From Candidatus Omnitrophota bacterium (GTDB lineage: Bacteria > Omnitrophota > Gorgyraeia > Zapsychrales > Fredricksoniimonadaceae): DNA of 64,000 bases. Positions 29,849-39,986 of the stretch are shown here, in pieces. A program made the position numbers and the translations under genes. Location of the stretch: positions 1,192 to 65,191 of the forward strand of contig CAIOPG010000002.1 of assembly GCA_903860135.1 (NCBI GenBank). The letters are read 5' to 3'. Positions within the stretch are counted from its first letter, which is position 1; each line of letters opens with the position of its first letter. The notes beneath the pieces are model-generated. The model was not told the DNA's origin and made no database searches. It saw nothing but the letters and a program-made list of their open reading frames with translations.

Positions 29849-29971
29849 CATACGCCACAACCTTGCCGAGGGTTCAATCGCTATCTCTTCATTAAGGTTA
29901 GCACACCCGCCTGCGGCACATCAAGAGAATTCCATATCCCCGCGCGACATAACATTTACAGAGAGTACCTA

Positions 29972-30493
29972 TCATTGGATCGCTTCACAATTGATATACT
30001 GCCCCTTCATGAGCTTCTGCACATCATACAAACGGTTGATCTTATCGATGATCGCATAAGCCTCACAGGTCGGGTGTTTCTTAAAGCTCACAGAGACGCC
30101 GTACTTTACAGGTGCTGCCCGGGAAGCCACTTCCTCTTGAGCCTGTTCAAGTGAACTACGCGTATCAACACGCAAAAGCTGTTTGAATTGCTCAAGCCGT
30201 GCCTTAATGCTTGCCGGAAAAACATCGGGAACCATCACCTCATCCTGCCTCGCCAGTGCCCAGGTGCACTGATTCACCGCATTAACAGGATCTTCGCGGC
30301 CCTTACCGTCAACGGTCGCGTTCCAACACACGCTATGCCCCTCACATTCAATTGCTTTCTCAAACATCAACAGGGCGTTGCGTTGTTCCTTAACAGATAC
30401 GCCGGCCTTCAGAATAGACTGCCGATCCCAGCCATCCACGCAAGCCCTCAAAAAGATCACGGCAACCAGCACCCCAACGATCATGATCCAGCG
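29972..30493 (-). CDS. Hypothetical membrane-anchored protein
   Basis: ORF with an N-terminal hydrophobic segment MRWIMIVGVLVAVIFL. No recognisable domain. Confidence 0.3.
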   Translation of the reverse strand, partial: RWIMIVGVLVAVIFLRACVDGWDRQSILKAGVSVKEQRNALLMFEKAIECEGHSVCWNATVDGKGREDPVNAVNQCTWALARQDEVMVPDVFPASIKARLEQFKQLLRVDTRSSLEQAQEEVASRAAPVKYGVSVSFKKHPTCEAYAIIDKINRLYDVQKLMKGQYINCEAIQ

Positions 30494-30865
30494 CATACAT
30501 ACCCTTTCAGTGGCACGGTGTCCAACGATGCCGTTACTCCCTAAGTTACTGCAGGCATGCCGGGTGAACACCTTCTTTCCCCATCAAAATATTTTCTGAT
30601 CCTGCTCTGCTTGAAACAGGCCTCTCTAGTCCATAAACTCAATATTCGCCGAAAGCTGAGCGTTTATCAACAATATTCTTTAGATGTTAAAGTATGTTGT
30701 TGGAAGTAGTCATTAAGGAATTTAGAAAAATTATTCAACTCAGTCAGCCCATCTATCTGAAACCCTCCACAGCCTAACGAGTAACATTGTTCAATGAGTC
30801 AATGGATATTTTATGGGAGGCCGGCGGGGAAGATAACGGCATATGCGGGTAAATCGTGTTCTTTG

Positions 30866-31261
30866 TTACACGCTCCAGTCTTGCCAATGAAGTCCCGGGA
30901 TACGGGAAAATTCTTTTATATTATGTGTAATCAGCGTGCCCCGGCGTGAAATCACGGTGGCGGCGATCATGAGGTCGTTGGAACCAATCGGCTTCCCTTT
31001 CTTTTCCAACGCCATGCGTAAATCACCGTAAATCTCCGCAGCTGGGGCATCAAAAGGAATCACCTCAAAGGGCAGCATAAAGAACGCCACCGCTTTATGG
31101 GCCGACACCGTTGCCGCCTTGCAGGCTCCAAAAGAAAGTTCAGCCAGGACCACTGCCGGGATCTTGATCAACCCGTGAGGTGTCTGTTTCATCTGTTCCA
31201 GCGCAGGCGCAGAAGACCCCCGCAAGATAAAAACACAGGTATCCGTATCCAGGAAGAACAT
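30866..31261 (-). CDS. vapC: Type II toxin VapC (PIN-domain ribonuclease)
   Basis: MFFLDTDTCVFIL... with conserved acidic residues (D6, E..., D near C-terminus SNDLMIAATVI). PIN fold. Overlaps the antitoxin stop. Confidence 0.8.
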   Translation of the reverse strand: MFFLDTDTCVFILRGSSAPALEQMKQTPHGLIKIPAVVLAELSFGACKAATVSAHKAVAFFMLPFEVIPFDAPAAEIYGDLRMALEKKGKPIGSNDLMIAATVISRRGTLITHNIKEFSRIPGLHWQDWSV

Positions 31262-31494
31262 TACAGCACGCTCCTTTTACAATCCAGCGAAGAGCTTAAA
31301 TCCGGGGGGATGTCGATCCCTTTACAGGGACTCTTTTGCAAAAATTCAAAATAACCCGGAGGCCATCCCTTTTCTTCCAAAGATGCGGTCAACCGCTGCT
31401 TGACCCAGCGTGAAATGGAAGCTTTTTCCTGACGCGCCGAACGCTCGATCCGCAACAATGTCGCATCATCAATATAAATAGTTAGTTGTGCCAT
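31261..31494 (-). CDS. VapB-type antitoxin (ribbon-helix-helix-like)
   Basis: MAQLTIYIDDATLLRIERSARQEKASISRWVKQRL... is about 77 aa with its stop overlapping the vapC ATG. The ORF-track start at 31593 is probably too far upstream. Confidence 0.5.
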   Translation of the reverse strand: MAQLTIYIDDATLLRIERSARQEKASISRWVKQRLTASLEEKGWPPGYFEFLQKSPCKGIDIPPDLSSSLDCKRSVL

Positions 31495-31571
31495 AAGCAC
31501 CTCTCTTTCAGAATGAGCATAGCAGAAATATGCTCGGCTTTCAAATATATGTGGACATATATGTGTCAGCG

Positions 31572-32468
31572 CTACGGATGGTGTCGCAAGCATTGCGCTA
31601 TGGCACGCTTGGCGGTGCGGGAAAGGTTGAAGGCTGTCAGGACCGCGTCGATCTTTCCTGGCGGGAGGCCGTGCACCAGCGCGGCCAGGCGTTCTTCGCG
31701 GGCAGCGCCGCAGCGGACAAGGAGCGCCCGGTCTTCAGCTTCATAAGAAATATACCGCACCGCGCCCCACAAAGATAAAAGATCGAGTGCAGGAGCCGGG
31801 TCTTTCTCATCGAGGATACGCCCCAGCTCCAGGAAATAACGGACCGGCGTGATGGTGGTCATGGCCCCCGCGCCCACAGCCGCCTCGAGCGCTTCCTGGG
31901 TCAGGGCATCCAGCTGAAATCCGAAACGGGCGGCATACCGAGCGGCACGCAGGATACGGGTCGGGTCATCGCGAAAACTTTCCGGATAAGTCGTACGGAT
32001 CAGGCGGGCCTCAAGATCCGTAAGGCCCTCAAGGTCATCACGGACAACTCCCCGGTTATCCGCATTGAGCCCGCAGGCCAAAGCATTGACCGTAAAATCC
32101 CGCCGAAAAAGATCATCGTCCATGGTCCCAGGGACAATATCAGGCAGAGCGCCGGGCCGCGCATAAGACTCACGGCGCGCGGTCACAAGGTCGAGCGACA
32201 ATCCATCCTTAAATGTCAATACCGCTGTCCTGAACGGGGTATGCACCCTGACAGCCGCCGACAGCTGTCCCGCCAGGCGGCGGGCAAACGCAGGGGCATC
32301 CCCTTCAAGGACAATATCAATGTCCGACACCGGCACCCCCAGCAGGAGGTCGCGAACAACCCCGCCGACGATAAAAATACGCACACCCGCCTTATCGGCC
32401 TCAGCACCGATATGCTGTAAAAGCTCCCGGACATGGGGCGCAAGCGGCGCAAGGTCAAGGCGTTGCAT
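31572..32468 (-). CDS. tRNA nucleotidyltransferase/poly(A) polymerase family protein (short, 298 aa)
   Basis: IFIVGGVVRDLLLGVPVSDIDIVLEGD is the pol-beta nucleotidyltransferase head, followed by RRDFTVNAL. It is shorter than typical CCA-adding enzymes, so possibly a CC- or A-adding half-enzyme. Confidence 0.6.
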   Translation of the reverse strand: MQRLDLAPLAPHVRELLQHIGAEADKAGVRIFIVGGVVRDLLLGVPVSDIDIVLEGDAPAFARRLAGQLSAAVRVHTPFRTAVLTFKDGLSLDLVTARRESYARPGALPDIVPGTMDDDLFRRDFTVNALACGLNADNRGVVRDDLEGLTDLEARLIRTTYPESFRDDPTRILRAARYAARFGFQLDALTQEALEAAVGAGAMTTITPVRYFLELGRILDEKDPAPALDLLSLWGAVRYISYEAEDRALLVRCGAAREERLAALVHGLPPGKIDAVLTAFNLSRTAKRAIAQCLRHHP

Positions 32469-32474
32469 AATAAA

Positions 32475-33365
32475 CTACCCTCTGGGATGACATTGTTGAT
32501 GCACCGCGCGCAAGCGCTCCCGGTCCACATGCGTGTAGATCTGCGTGGTGGCAATATCCGTATGCCCGAGCATTTCCTGAACACTCCTTAAGTCCGCGCC
32601 GTGCTCCAGCAGATGGGTCGCGAACGTATGACGCAACGTGTGCGGCTTGATGTTCTTTTTGATACCGGCCCGGCTGGCGCAGTCCTTGATGATCTTCCAC
32701 GCGCTCTGCCGCGACATCGACTGGCCCAACCGGCTAAGAAAAAGCGCATCTCCCGGGCGGCCCCGCTGCAGCTTCGGGCGTGCCTTGTCAAAATATTTGG
32801 CAAGAGCCTCGAGCGCCTTGCCGCCGACGGGAATTAACCGCTCCTTGCTCCCCTTGCCGATACAACGCACCAGCCCCGACTCCAGGTTCAGGTCCTCCAT
32901 GCGCAGCGCCACCAGTTCCGACACCCGCAAGCCCGACGCATAGAACAGTTCGAGCATCGCCCGGTCACGCAGTCCCTGCGTATCACGCCCTGAAGCAGCA
33001 CCGAGCATGGCCGCAACCTCGGCGTGGGTCAAGACATTCGGGATGCGCTTCCACTGGCGCGGCGTGTCCACAAGCCCCGTCGGATCTTCTTGAGCCAGAT
33101 CTTCGCGCACCAGGAAACGATGGAACATGCGGATAGCGGCAAGGCTCCGGCAAATGGAGTTCACTTCCATCTTCTTCTTTTTCTGCACCATCATGTAACG
33201 GGAAATGTGCTGATGCTTTAACGCCTCGGGAGAAGTAACCCCTTCGGTCTCCTGAAGATACGCGCAATAAGCCGTAAGGTCACGCCGGTAAGCCATCAAG
33301 GTATTTTTCGCGAGACCGCGCTCGACAGAAATATAATTGATGAATTCCGGGATCAATGCGGTCAT
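32475..33365 (-). CDS. xerD: Site-specific tyrosine recombinase XerD
   Basis: 296 aa. Catalytic R...K...HxxR...Y pattern: ASGLRVSEL, HTLRHTFATHLLEHGADLRSVQEMLGH, IYTHV. Confidence 0.85.
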   Translation of the reverse strand: MTALIPEFINYISVERGLAKNTLMAYRRDLTAYCAYLQETEGVTSPEALKHQHISRYMMVQKKKKMEVNSICRSLAAIRMFHRFLVREDLAQEDPTGLVDTPRQWKRIPNVLTHAEVAAMLGAASGRDTQGLRDRAMLELFYASGLRVSELVALRMEDLNLESGLVRCIGKGSKERLIPVGGKALEALAKYFDKARPKLQRGRPGDALFLSRLGQSMSRQSAWKIIKDCASRAGIKKNIKPHTLRHTFATHLLEHGADLRSVQEMLGHTDIATTQIYTHVDRERLRAVHQQCHPRG

Positions 33366-33874
33366 CGCAGCACAACAGCCTCCGGCTTGAAATTCCTGAA
33401 AAGATCCCGCTCGATGTTGTGCATCTCCCGCGTCAGAAGATCATACCGGCGCAGGCCGGCAGGCTTATCGTAGATCTGAAGGGCTGCCACAAGGCGGGCG
33501 CGCAACGCCAACGCCTTGTCACGGGCAGGACCTGTCAACAAGGCTATCATGCCGTCAAAATGCGCCAGGATCTGGTTGATCATGTATTGCTCGCGCTTGG
33601 CACTGCCATCCCGACGCCCAAGAATATCCCCGAGGTCCTTGAAATAAACCTTCTCCATCGCGTAATGATCACGGTAAACCTGCGCTGAAGACTCCACCAC
33701 CTTTGCATACACCTCCGGCTGAAGGACCGGAACAAAATCCTCGGCCTTGGCAGGGCCTTTCTTCACGCGGGTAAACTTTTTCCGCAAAGAAACGCACCCC
33801 GTCAATGTGGTCATCCCCAAGATCAGCGCCAGCACGGCCGCTACGATCCTTTTTCTATCATCGGGTCTTGTCAT
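33362..33874 (-). CDS. Hypothetical lipoprotein
   Basis: Signal peptide with lipobox LTGC. No recognisable domain. Confidence 0.4.
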   Translation of the reverse strand: MTRPDDRKRIVAAVLALILGMTTLTGCVSLRKKFTRVKKGPAKAEDFVPVLQPEVYAKVVESSAQVYRDHYAMEKVYFKDLGDILGRRDGSAKREQYMINQILAHFDGMIALLTGPARDKALALRARLVAALQIYDKPAGLRRYDLLTREMHNIERDLFRNFKPEAVVLR

Positions 33875-35904
33875 GCGGTCAACTCCTCAAATGCCTGTTC
33901 ATTGATGATCCTGATCCCCATGCGCCGGGCCTTTTCAAGTTTTGATCCGGCACCTTCACCGGCCACCACACACGCTGTCGTTTTGGTTACAGCCGCCCCC
34001 ACGTCACCGCCGAGAGCTATAACTTTCAGCCCGGCCGCGTGCCGGGTATGGCGCAAAAGCTCGCCGGTAAAAACAAAGGTCATCCCGGACAATTTACCGG
34101 TGCCGGTTGCCCGCGGCTCGATCATGTTCACGCCGGCGGCTTTCAGCGCAGACACCTGGTGCCGGACCGCTTCCCTGGAAAAATACTCGACCACCGCCGA
34201 AGCACTGATCTCTCCCAGGTCCGCCACAGCACAAATATCTGCCTCACTGGCGGCCGAGAGGGCCTCCATACTGCCAAAATGACGAGCCAGTGCCTGCGAA
34301 GCTTTGACACCGATATTGGCAATGCCCAGCGCAAAGATCAACCGGGACAAGGGCCGCTCACAACTTTGCTTCACCGCCGCCAGTAACTGCGCCGCCTTTT
34401 TGGCACCAAAAAGATCGAGCTTGAGCAACGCGTCTGTGTCCAAAGTATAAATATCCGCCACCGTGCGCACAAGCCCTTTTTCAAGCAATTGCCGGACTGC
34501 CGCCTCACCCATGCCATCAATATCCATCGCGTCGCGCGCAGCAAAATGAACCAGCCTTCGCTCCAACTGCCTGGGGCACTCGGGATTAATGCACCGGTGC
34601 AGGACACCGTCAAACTCCTGCCCCGCCAGGGCCGTCACCACAAATTCCTCCCGGCACAGCGGGCAGTCCGTCGGCAGTTTCCGTACTGCCTTACGCTCCG
34701 GCGCCCGTTCCAGGACCTTCACGATCTTGGGGATGACGTCTCCGGCGCGCTCGATGAGAACCCGGTCGCCGGCGGCAACCCCCAGCCGCTCGATCTCGTC
34801 AAAATTATGCAACGTCGCACGCGCAATGGTAACCCCGCCGCAAAAGACAGGATCGAATTCCGCCACAGGGGTGAGCACCCCTGTGCGCCCGACCTGAACA
34901 ACGATATCACGGATCGTCGTCGTCGCCTGATACGCCGCGAATTTAAAAGCCACCGCCCAGCGGGGGCTTTTCATGGTTTCACCCAGGGCACGCTGGTCGT
35001 CGAACCGGTCAACCTTGATGACCGCCCCGTCCACATCATAGGGCAGGTCCGCGCGCATCGCCTCCAACGCCGTGCAGGCAACGAGGATCGCGTCAATCCC
35101 GCGGCAAAGACGGGTATGGGTATTAACCGGAAACCCCCAGGCACGGGCCTGTTCCAGAAAAGCGGAATGGCTCGCCATAGCCGCAGCGCCATTGACACGC
35201 GCAAAGGAATGAAGGAAAAACCGTAAATGCCGGCCGGCGGCCTCGACGGGATCCATCAACTTCAACGCCCCGGCAGCCGCATTGCGGGGGTTGACAAAAG
35301 GCTCTTCGCCCGCACGGGCACGGGCCGCATTAAGTTTCTCAAAATCCGCCTTGTCCATATAAACTTCGCCGCGCACATCCACATAGTCCGGCGCGCCCGG
35401 GCGCAGTCTGAGCGGCACCGACCGCATGGTACGGATATTGTGCGTAACATCCTCGCCTGTCTCCCCGTCGCCGCGCGTGGCACCTCTGACCAGGAGGCCC
35501 TGCTCATAGGTGATCGCCGCACTCACCCCGTCGATCTTGAGTTCCACGACAAAATCGACATCGTCGCGCCCGAGCCCCTTGTAAACACGGCCCAGCCAGG
35601 CGCGCAGGTCTTCAGCGGCATATGTATTGTCGAGCGAAAGCAGTCTGACATCGTGCCGGAGGGTGCGTGTGCCCGAAGGCATCTTCGCCCCCACGCGCTG
35701 TGTCGGCGAATCGGCCGTAACAAGCTCGGGATATTGTGCTTCGAGCGCGGCCAGGCGCTTCATCAGGGCATCATATTCCTGATCCGCAACAACGGGCGCT
35801 GCCAGGACATAATACTGATGGTCATGCCGCGCAAGAGCCTCGCGCAAGCTGAAGATTTCTTCTGATGGATGACAGGGAATAAGCCGCGATGCACGATCGG
35901 ACAT
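33871..35904 (-). CDS. ligA: NAD-dependent DNA ligase
   Basis: 677 aa. Adenylation motif KIDG (VELKIDGVSAAITY), OB fold, Zn finger C...C..C...C, HhH and C-terminal BRCT (FVFTGEL). Confidence 0.95.
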   Translation of the reverse strand: MSDRASRLIPCHPSEEIFSLREALARHDHQYYVLAAPVVADQEYDALMKRLAALEAQYPELVTADSPTQRVGAKMPSGTRTLRHDVRLLSLDNTYAAEDLRAWLGRVYKGLGRDDVDFVVELKIDGVSAAITYEQGLLVRGATRGDGETGEDVTHNIRTMRSVPLRLRPGAPDYVDVRGEVYMDKADFEKLNAARARAGEEPFVNPRNAAAGALKLMDPVEAAGRHLRFFLHSFARVNGAAAMASHSAFLEQARAWGFPVNTHTRLCRGIDAILVACTALEAMRADLPYDVDGAVIKVDRFDDQRALGETMKSPRWAVAFKFAAYQATTTIRDIVVQVGRTGVLTPVAEFDPVFCGGVTIARATLHNFDEIERLGVAAGDRVLIERAGDVIPKIVKVLERAPERKAVRKLPTDCPLCREEFVVTALAGQEFDGVLHRCINPECPRQLERRLVHFAARDAMDIDGMGEAAVRQLLEKGLVRTVADIYTLDTDALLKLDLFGAKKAAQLLAAVKQSCERPLSRLIFALGIANIGVKASQALARHFGSMEALSAASEADICAVADLGEISASAVVEYFSREAVRHQVSALKAAGVNMIEPRATGTGKLSGMTFVFTGELLRHTRHAAGLKVIALGGDVGAAVTKTTACVVAGEGAGSKLEKARRMGIRIINEQAFEELTA

Positions 35905-35973
35905 AGAACCTCATGAAGGCAGGCGTGAATAATCCCGGATGCAATTCCCGGAACAAAACAGACAAACAAAAAT

Positions 35974-36050
35974 TGGTCGGGAGAGGGGGGTTTGAACCCC
36001 CGACCTCAACGTCCCGAACGTTGCGCGCTAGCCAGCTGCGCTATCTCCCG
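35974..36050 (-). tRNA. tRNA-Pro (anticodon CGG), 3' CCA encoded
   Basis: Reverse complement: CGGGAGATAGCGCAGCTGGCTAGCGCGCAACGTTCGGGACGTTGAGGTCGGGGGTTCAAACCCCCTCTCCCGACCA. Cloverleaf with anticodon loop UUCGGGA. Confidence 0.85.
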
Positions 36051-36141
36051 ATATGTCGACCAAAGAAGGCGTAATTCTAACATCGCACCAAGACTTCGTC
36101 AATTACATCTTTTGGCATCTTTTCCCGTCAACAACAAACGC

Positions 36142-36576
36142 TCACACTTCCTTGATCCCGAAACCGATCTCGGCTTCGACCGCGATGGCATCGCCCACAA
36201 AACATTTGCATTCCAGGAACCCCGCCTTGGCCAGCAGTTTCATGGTCTTGACCTCGATACGGAGCTGATCGCCTGGCACCACCACCCGGTGGAACTTGGC
36301 GGTTGTCTTGGCAAGGTAATAGATGAGGTTTTTGCCCTGCATATTCTTGGAATAATAAAAATAAATACATCCCGCCTGGGCCATGGCTTCGACCATGAGC
36401 ACCCCCGGCATCACCTTCTCGGCCGGAAAATGCCCCTGAAAATGCGCCTCATTCACCGACACATTCTTGATCGCCACAAGCTTTTCATTAGGGATAAGCT
36501 CGATGACCCGGTCGATCATCAGAAACGGAAAACGATGCGGAATGACTTTCTGAATTTCCTGGATATCCAATTGCAT
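36142..36576 (-). CDS. fabZ: 3-hydroxyacyl-ACP dehydratase FabZ
   Basis: 144 aa hot-dog fold. PHRFPFLMIDRV...EAHFQGHFP...PGVLMVEAMAQ. Confidence 0.9.
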   Translation of the reverse strand: MQLDIQEIQKVIPHRFPFLMIDRVIELIPNEKLVAIKNVSVNEAHFQGHFPAEKVMPGVLMVEAMAQAGCIYFYYSKNMQGKNLIYYLAKTTAKFHRVVVPGDQLRIEVKTMKLLAKAGFLECKCFVGDAIAVEAEIGFGIKEV

Positions 36577-36577
36577 T

Positions 36578-37177
36578 TTACCCCCTCGTTGGTTTAAAAA
36601 CTGCCGATTTCAATATGTATTTCGCCAACAGATCCGTTTCGATATTCACCTCAGCCCCGGTTTTTTTGGCACCGATAGATGTCACCTTGAGCGTATGCGG
36701 AATGAAATATACGGCGAACCAGTCCTTGCGCACGGCGCCGACGGTCAGGCTGATACCATCCAGGGCCACCGAACCCTTGGGAACAATATAACGCATCAGG
36801 TCACGTGCCGCGCTGATACGGTATTCCACATAATTCGGCAGGGTCAGAATATCCCGGATACGGCCAACACCATCCACATGCCCGGTCACAAAATGCCCGC
36901 CCAGCCGTGCGTCTGCCTTCATGGCGCGTTCAAGGTTAAGGACCGTCCCGGGAACAACATGCTTCAGGGTGGTTGCCTCAAGGGTTTCTTTCATCAGGTC
37001 AAAATAATAACAGCCGCCCTTGATCGCGATGACGGTTAAACAGACCCCGTCATTGGCAATGCTGTCGCCAACCTTAATATCATCAAAATTCCCGGGGCAT
37101 TTAACTGCCAGTGTGATCAAATTCTCGGTCTTTTCCAGGGCCTTAACAACCCCCTGCGCCTCAATGATGCCTGTGAA
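36578..37177 (-). CDS. ribE: Riboflavin synthase (alpha subunit)
   Basis: MFTGIIEAQGVV...SIANDGVCLTV, with the two lumazine-binding repeats. The start is taken at the internal MFTGII. Confidence 0.85.
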   Translation of the reverse strand, partial: FTGIIEAQGVVKALEKTENLITLAVKCPGNFDDIKVGDSIANDGVCLTVIAIKGGCYYFDLMKETLEATTLKHVVPGTVLNLERAMKADARLGGHFVTGHVDGVGRIRDILTLPNYVEYRISAARDLMRYIVPKGSVALDGISLTVGAVRKDWFAVYFIPHTLKVTSIGAKKTGAEVNIETDLLAKYILKSAVFKPTRG

Positions 37178-38252
37178 CATGGTCTGCCTCAATAAAAATA
37201 TCCGGACCGATACGCTCGACGGATCTTATCTCAAATCCGCCCCCGTTGAATACCCCTGCCAGGTCAACCCCGTCAATCGCGTCGGCATGCGCTTTGCCCA
37301 TGATCTGCGGAGCGATATACGCATGCACACAGTCTGCCAATCCCGCCGCCAGGACAGCCTTGACCAGCGTCGGCCCGCCCTCTATTAAGATACGGACAAG
37401 CCCGATTTTTGCAAGCGCTTTAAAGAGAGCTTTCAGATCAACCCGGCCATCCTTGGCCGGGCAAACGATGATACCCATGCCGCGCTTTAAGAAAGCCTGC
37501 CGCTGGGCCAGCGCTGCCCGCCGGGTCACCGCCACGATCACCTGCCCCGGCCGCACGCCGTTGAACAACTTCGCCTCAACGGGCATCCTGAGCGTGGAAT
37601 CAACAACGACTTTCACGAGTGCCCTGCCCGGCGCATCGAGCTGCGGGTCATCGGCGATAACCGTATCCACCCCGACGACAATGGCATCGAAATCATTCCT
37701 GCGTTCCTTGGCCTTGAGCCGTGTGTCCGGGGAGGTGATCCATTTTACCTGGCCTGAACGCGTCCCTGCCTTGCCGTCGATGGTCTGGGCGGTCTTGACC
37801 GTGACATGCGGCATCGCTGCCGTGATATATTTGATAAACGCCACATTCAGCTGACGGGCTTCATTTTCACAAACGCCTGTCAGGACCGTAACCCCGCTGG
37901 CGCGCAATTTTTCAACAGACTTGCCATTGGTCCTTGGATTAGGGTCGAGCATGGCCACCACCACGCGCGCGATCCCTGCCGCCAACAGCGCCTCTACACA
38001 CGGCGGTGTCCGGCCCTGGTGCGCGCAAGGCTCCAGGGTCACATACGCCGTTGCCCCGCAAGCCTTGCCCCCCGCTTTCTTCAGGGCATCAACCTCGGCA
38101 TGATCACCGCCGCAACACTGATGCCAGCCCTCGGCGATCACGCGGCCAGCCTTGACAAGCAGGCACCCGACCATGGGATTGGGTGCGGTACGCCCCGCCC
38201 CGCGAAGGGCCAGGGCTAAGGCCCGGTGCATATAGCGTTCATCGCGGGTCAT
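37161..38252 (-). CDS. ribD: Bifunctional diaminohydroxyphosphoribosylaminopyrimidine deaminase / 5-amino-6-(5-phosphoribosylamino)uracil reductase
   Basis: CMP/dCMP-deaminase Zn motif HAEVDAL...LEPCAH...PPC, followed by the RibD C-terminal reductase domain. Confidence 0.85.
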   Translation of the reverse strand: MTRDERYMHRALALALRGAGRTAPNPMVGCLLVKAGRVIAEGWHQCCGGDHAEVDALKKAGGKACGATAYVTLEPCAHQGRTPPCVEALLAAGIARVVVAMLDPNPRTNGKSVEKLRASGVTVLTGVCENEARQLNVAFIKYITAAMPHVTVKTAQTIDGKAGTRSGQVKWITSPDTRLKAKERRNDFDAIVVGVDTVIADDPQLDAPGRALVKVVVDSTLRMPVEAKLFNGVRPGQVIVAVTRRAALAQRQAFLKRGMGIIVCPAKDGRVDLKALFKALAKIGLVRILIEGGPTLVKAVLAAGLADCVHAYIAPQIMGKAHADAIDGVDLAGVFNGGGFEIRSVERIGPDIFIEADHVHRHH

Positions 38253-39082
38253 ACCGGCCTCCGGGTGCGCTCCTTCAACTTTTCTACCCAATGATATGGC
38301 ACCCGCGACTTGCCAATATACGTGTTTGTTTTTGAAGCACCATGGGCATCGGAACCGCCCGTCACCACAAGGTCATACTTTTTGGCCAAAGCCAGATAAC
38401 GATTGACCGTATCCATAAAACAATTGGGATAATACGCCTCGAGCCCACCTAAGCCAGCCTTAACTAACTCCGGGATAAGCTCATCCCGCTGGGTCAGGAC
38501 AGGATGCGCCATGACCGCCACCCCGCCCGAAGCGCGGATAAGCCGTATGGCCTCTGCCGGCGTCTGTTTGAATTTCGGGAAATAGGCACTGGCCCCCTCG
38601 GAAAGGTATTGCCTGAAGGCCTGGTCGAGCGACCGCACATGCCCGCGCTCAAGCAGGAGTTTGGCCAGATGCAGGCGCCCGAGCGAATCCGAATGGGTCA
38701 TGCCGGCAACATCCTCTAGGCGCATATCCTTCATCCCGAGTTCGTCAAGACGGGCGAGCATTTGCTGCATCCGTGCCACCCGCGCGGCCTGCATTTCTTT
38801 GAGGCGAAGCACCAGCGGACCATCCAAACAGTCAAAGCCATAACCCAGGATATGGATATCCTTGCCCTTATAGTCCGACGACAATTCCACCGCGCTGATC
38901 ACTTCCAGTCCATGCGGCGCAGCCGCAGCCAGCGTATCGGCAATGCCATCGAGCGTATCATGGTCAGCGACCGCGATACAGGCTAAGTCCGCGCGCACAG
39001 CCTCGTCGACCACTTCCGCCGGTGAAGCCGTGCTGTCAGAGAAAAAAGTATGAATATGCAGGTCGGCAAAACGATCCGTCAT
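38249..39082 (-). CDS. PHP-domain metal-dependent phosphoesterase (TrpH/YciV-like)
   Basis: [15 protein letters not shown]...AVADHDTL is the PHP motif. 277 aa. Confidence 0.7.
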   Translation of the reverse strand: MTDRFADLHIHTFFSDSTASPAEVVDEAVRADLACIAVADHDTLDGIADTLAAAAPHGLEVISAVELSSDYKGKDIHILGYGFDCLDGPLVLRLKEMQAARVARMQQMLARLDELGMKDMRLEDVAGMTHSDSLGRLHLAKLLLERGHVRSLDQAFRQYLSEGASAYFPKFKQTPAEAIRLIRASGGVAVMAHPVLTQRDELIPELVKAGLGGLEAYYPNCFMDTVNRYLALAKKYDLVVTGGSDAHGASKTNTYIGKSRVPYHWVEKLKERTRRPV

Positions 39083-39510
39083 GAGGCAGGGCCGGCAGGC
39101 ACGATCTCTTTCTTGTGAACCTTGTCGAGGATGCCGTTGACAAACTTCCCGGAATCGTGGTCGCCGTATTTCTTGGCAAGATCAACCGCTTCATTGATCG
39201 CAACTTTGGGGGGGATCCCTACCGTGAATTTCAATTCATAAAGCCCGATGCGCAAGACATTGCGGTCAATGACCGCCATGCGGTTCAACTGCCAGTTGGT
39301 GGCGTATTCGCCAAGCTTCTCATCGATCTCCTGAAGGTGCGCATGAATACCGTCGACCAGCTTGACGGCAAAATCACGGACATCTTCCGGATGCTCGCTT
39401 TCCTGCAACCAGAAATATCCGGCCGCATTATCAGGCAAACGGCCTGTCATTTCCATCTGATAAAGTATCTTGAGGGCGCATTCCCTGGCTACACTACGTT
39501 TACGCATCAC
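39079..39510 (-). CDS. nusB: Transcription antitermination factor NusB
   Basis: 143 aa. [13 protein letters not shown]...all-helical NusB pattern, [12 protein letters not shown]. Confidence 0.85.
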   Translation of the reverse strand: MMRKRSVARECALKILYQMEMTGRLPDNAAGYFWLQESEHPEDVRDFAVKLVDGIHAHLQEIDEKLGEYATNWQLNRMAVIDRNVLRIGLYELKFTVGIPPKVAINEAVDLAKKYGDHDSGKFVNGILDKVHKKEIVPAGPAS

Positions 39511-39517
39511 AGCCCTC

Positions 39518-39985
39518 TCACATTGTCTTCAGGACCTGGGTCATCGATAAGGCGGCACGCGCGGCGGCAGCCCCCTTGTTATCGGTGTCGCCTTCCAAGG
39601 CGCGGTCCTGGCATAGCTTGATCGTATCCGCCGCCAGCACTTCAAAAATAACCGGCTTACCTATGGCCAGCATCACATCCATAAGGCCACGGGCGCACGC
39701 CTCGGCCACCAGCTCATAATGCAACGTTTCACCACGGATCACAGCCCCTAAGCAGATCACCGCAAGGATATTCTTCCGCTGACCCATTTTAAGGGCCGTC
39801 AGCGGCAGTTCAAAAGCACCGGGGACGCGCACGATCTCTATTTCACATTCACACACACCATGCCGCGAAAACTCGTCCAGGCAGGCCTTCAGGAGGCTTT
39901 CGGTGATGGTAGAATGGAACTCGGCGACCGCCACAGCAAAGCGCGGTTTTCCGGCACACGAGGGCTGCGTCACTTTCTTTACCAT
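39518..39985 (-). CDS. ribH: 6,7-dimethyl-8-ribityllumazine synthase
   Basis: [32 protein letters not shown]...[10 protein letters not shown] matches RibH. The start is taken at the internal MVKK; the ORF-track start overlaps ribBA. Confidence 0.85.
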   Translation of the reverse strand: MVKKVTQPSCAGKPRFAVAVAEFHSTITESLLKACLDEFSRHGVCECEIEIVRVPGAFELPLTALKMGQRKNILAVICLGAVIRGETLHYELVAEACARGLMDVMLAIGKPVIFEVLAADTIKLCQDRALEGDTDNKGAAAARAALSMTQVLKTM

Positions 39986-39986
39986 T

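Noticed and set aside
29459-29860. Full-length ORF-track call MWRMMKSLK... as a 133-aa protein
   Set aside because: The start was trimmed to MKSLK (29848), and the gene is kept only as a low-confidence Cys-rich ORF. The C-terminal half reads like frame-shadow sequence (Ala/Gly/Val-rich), so the true extent is uncertain.
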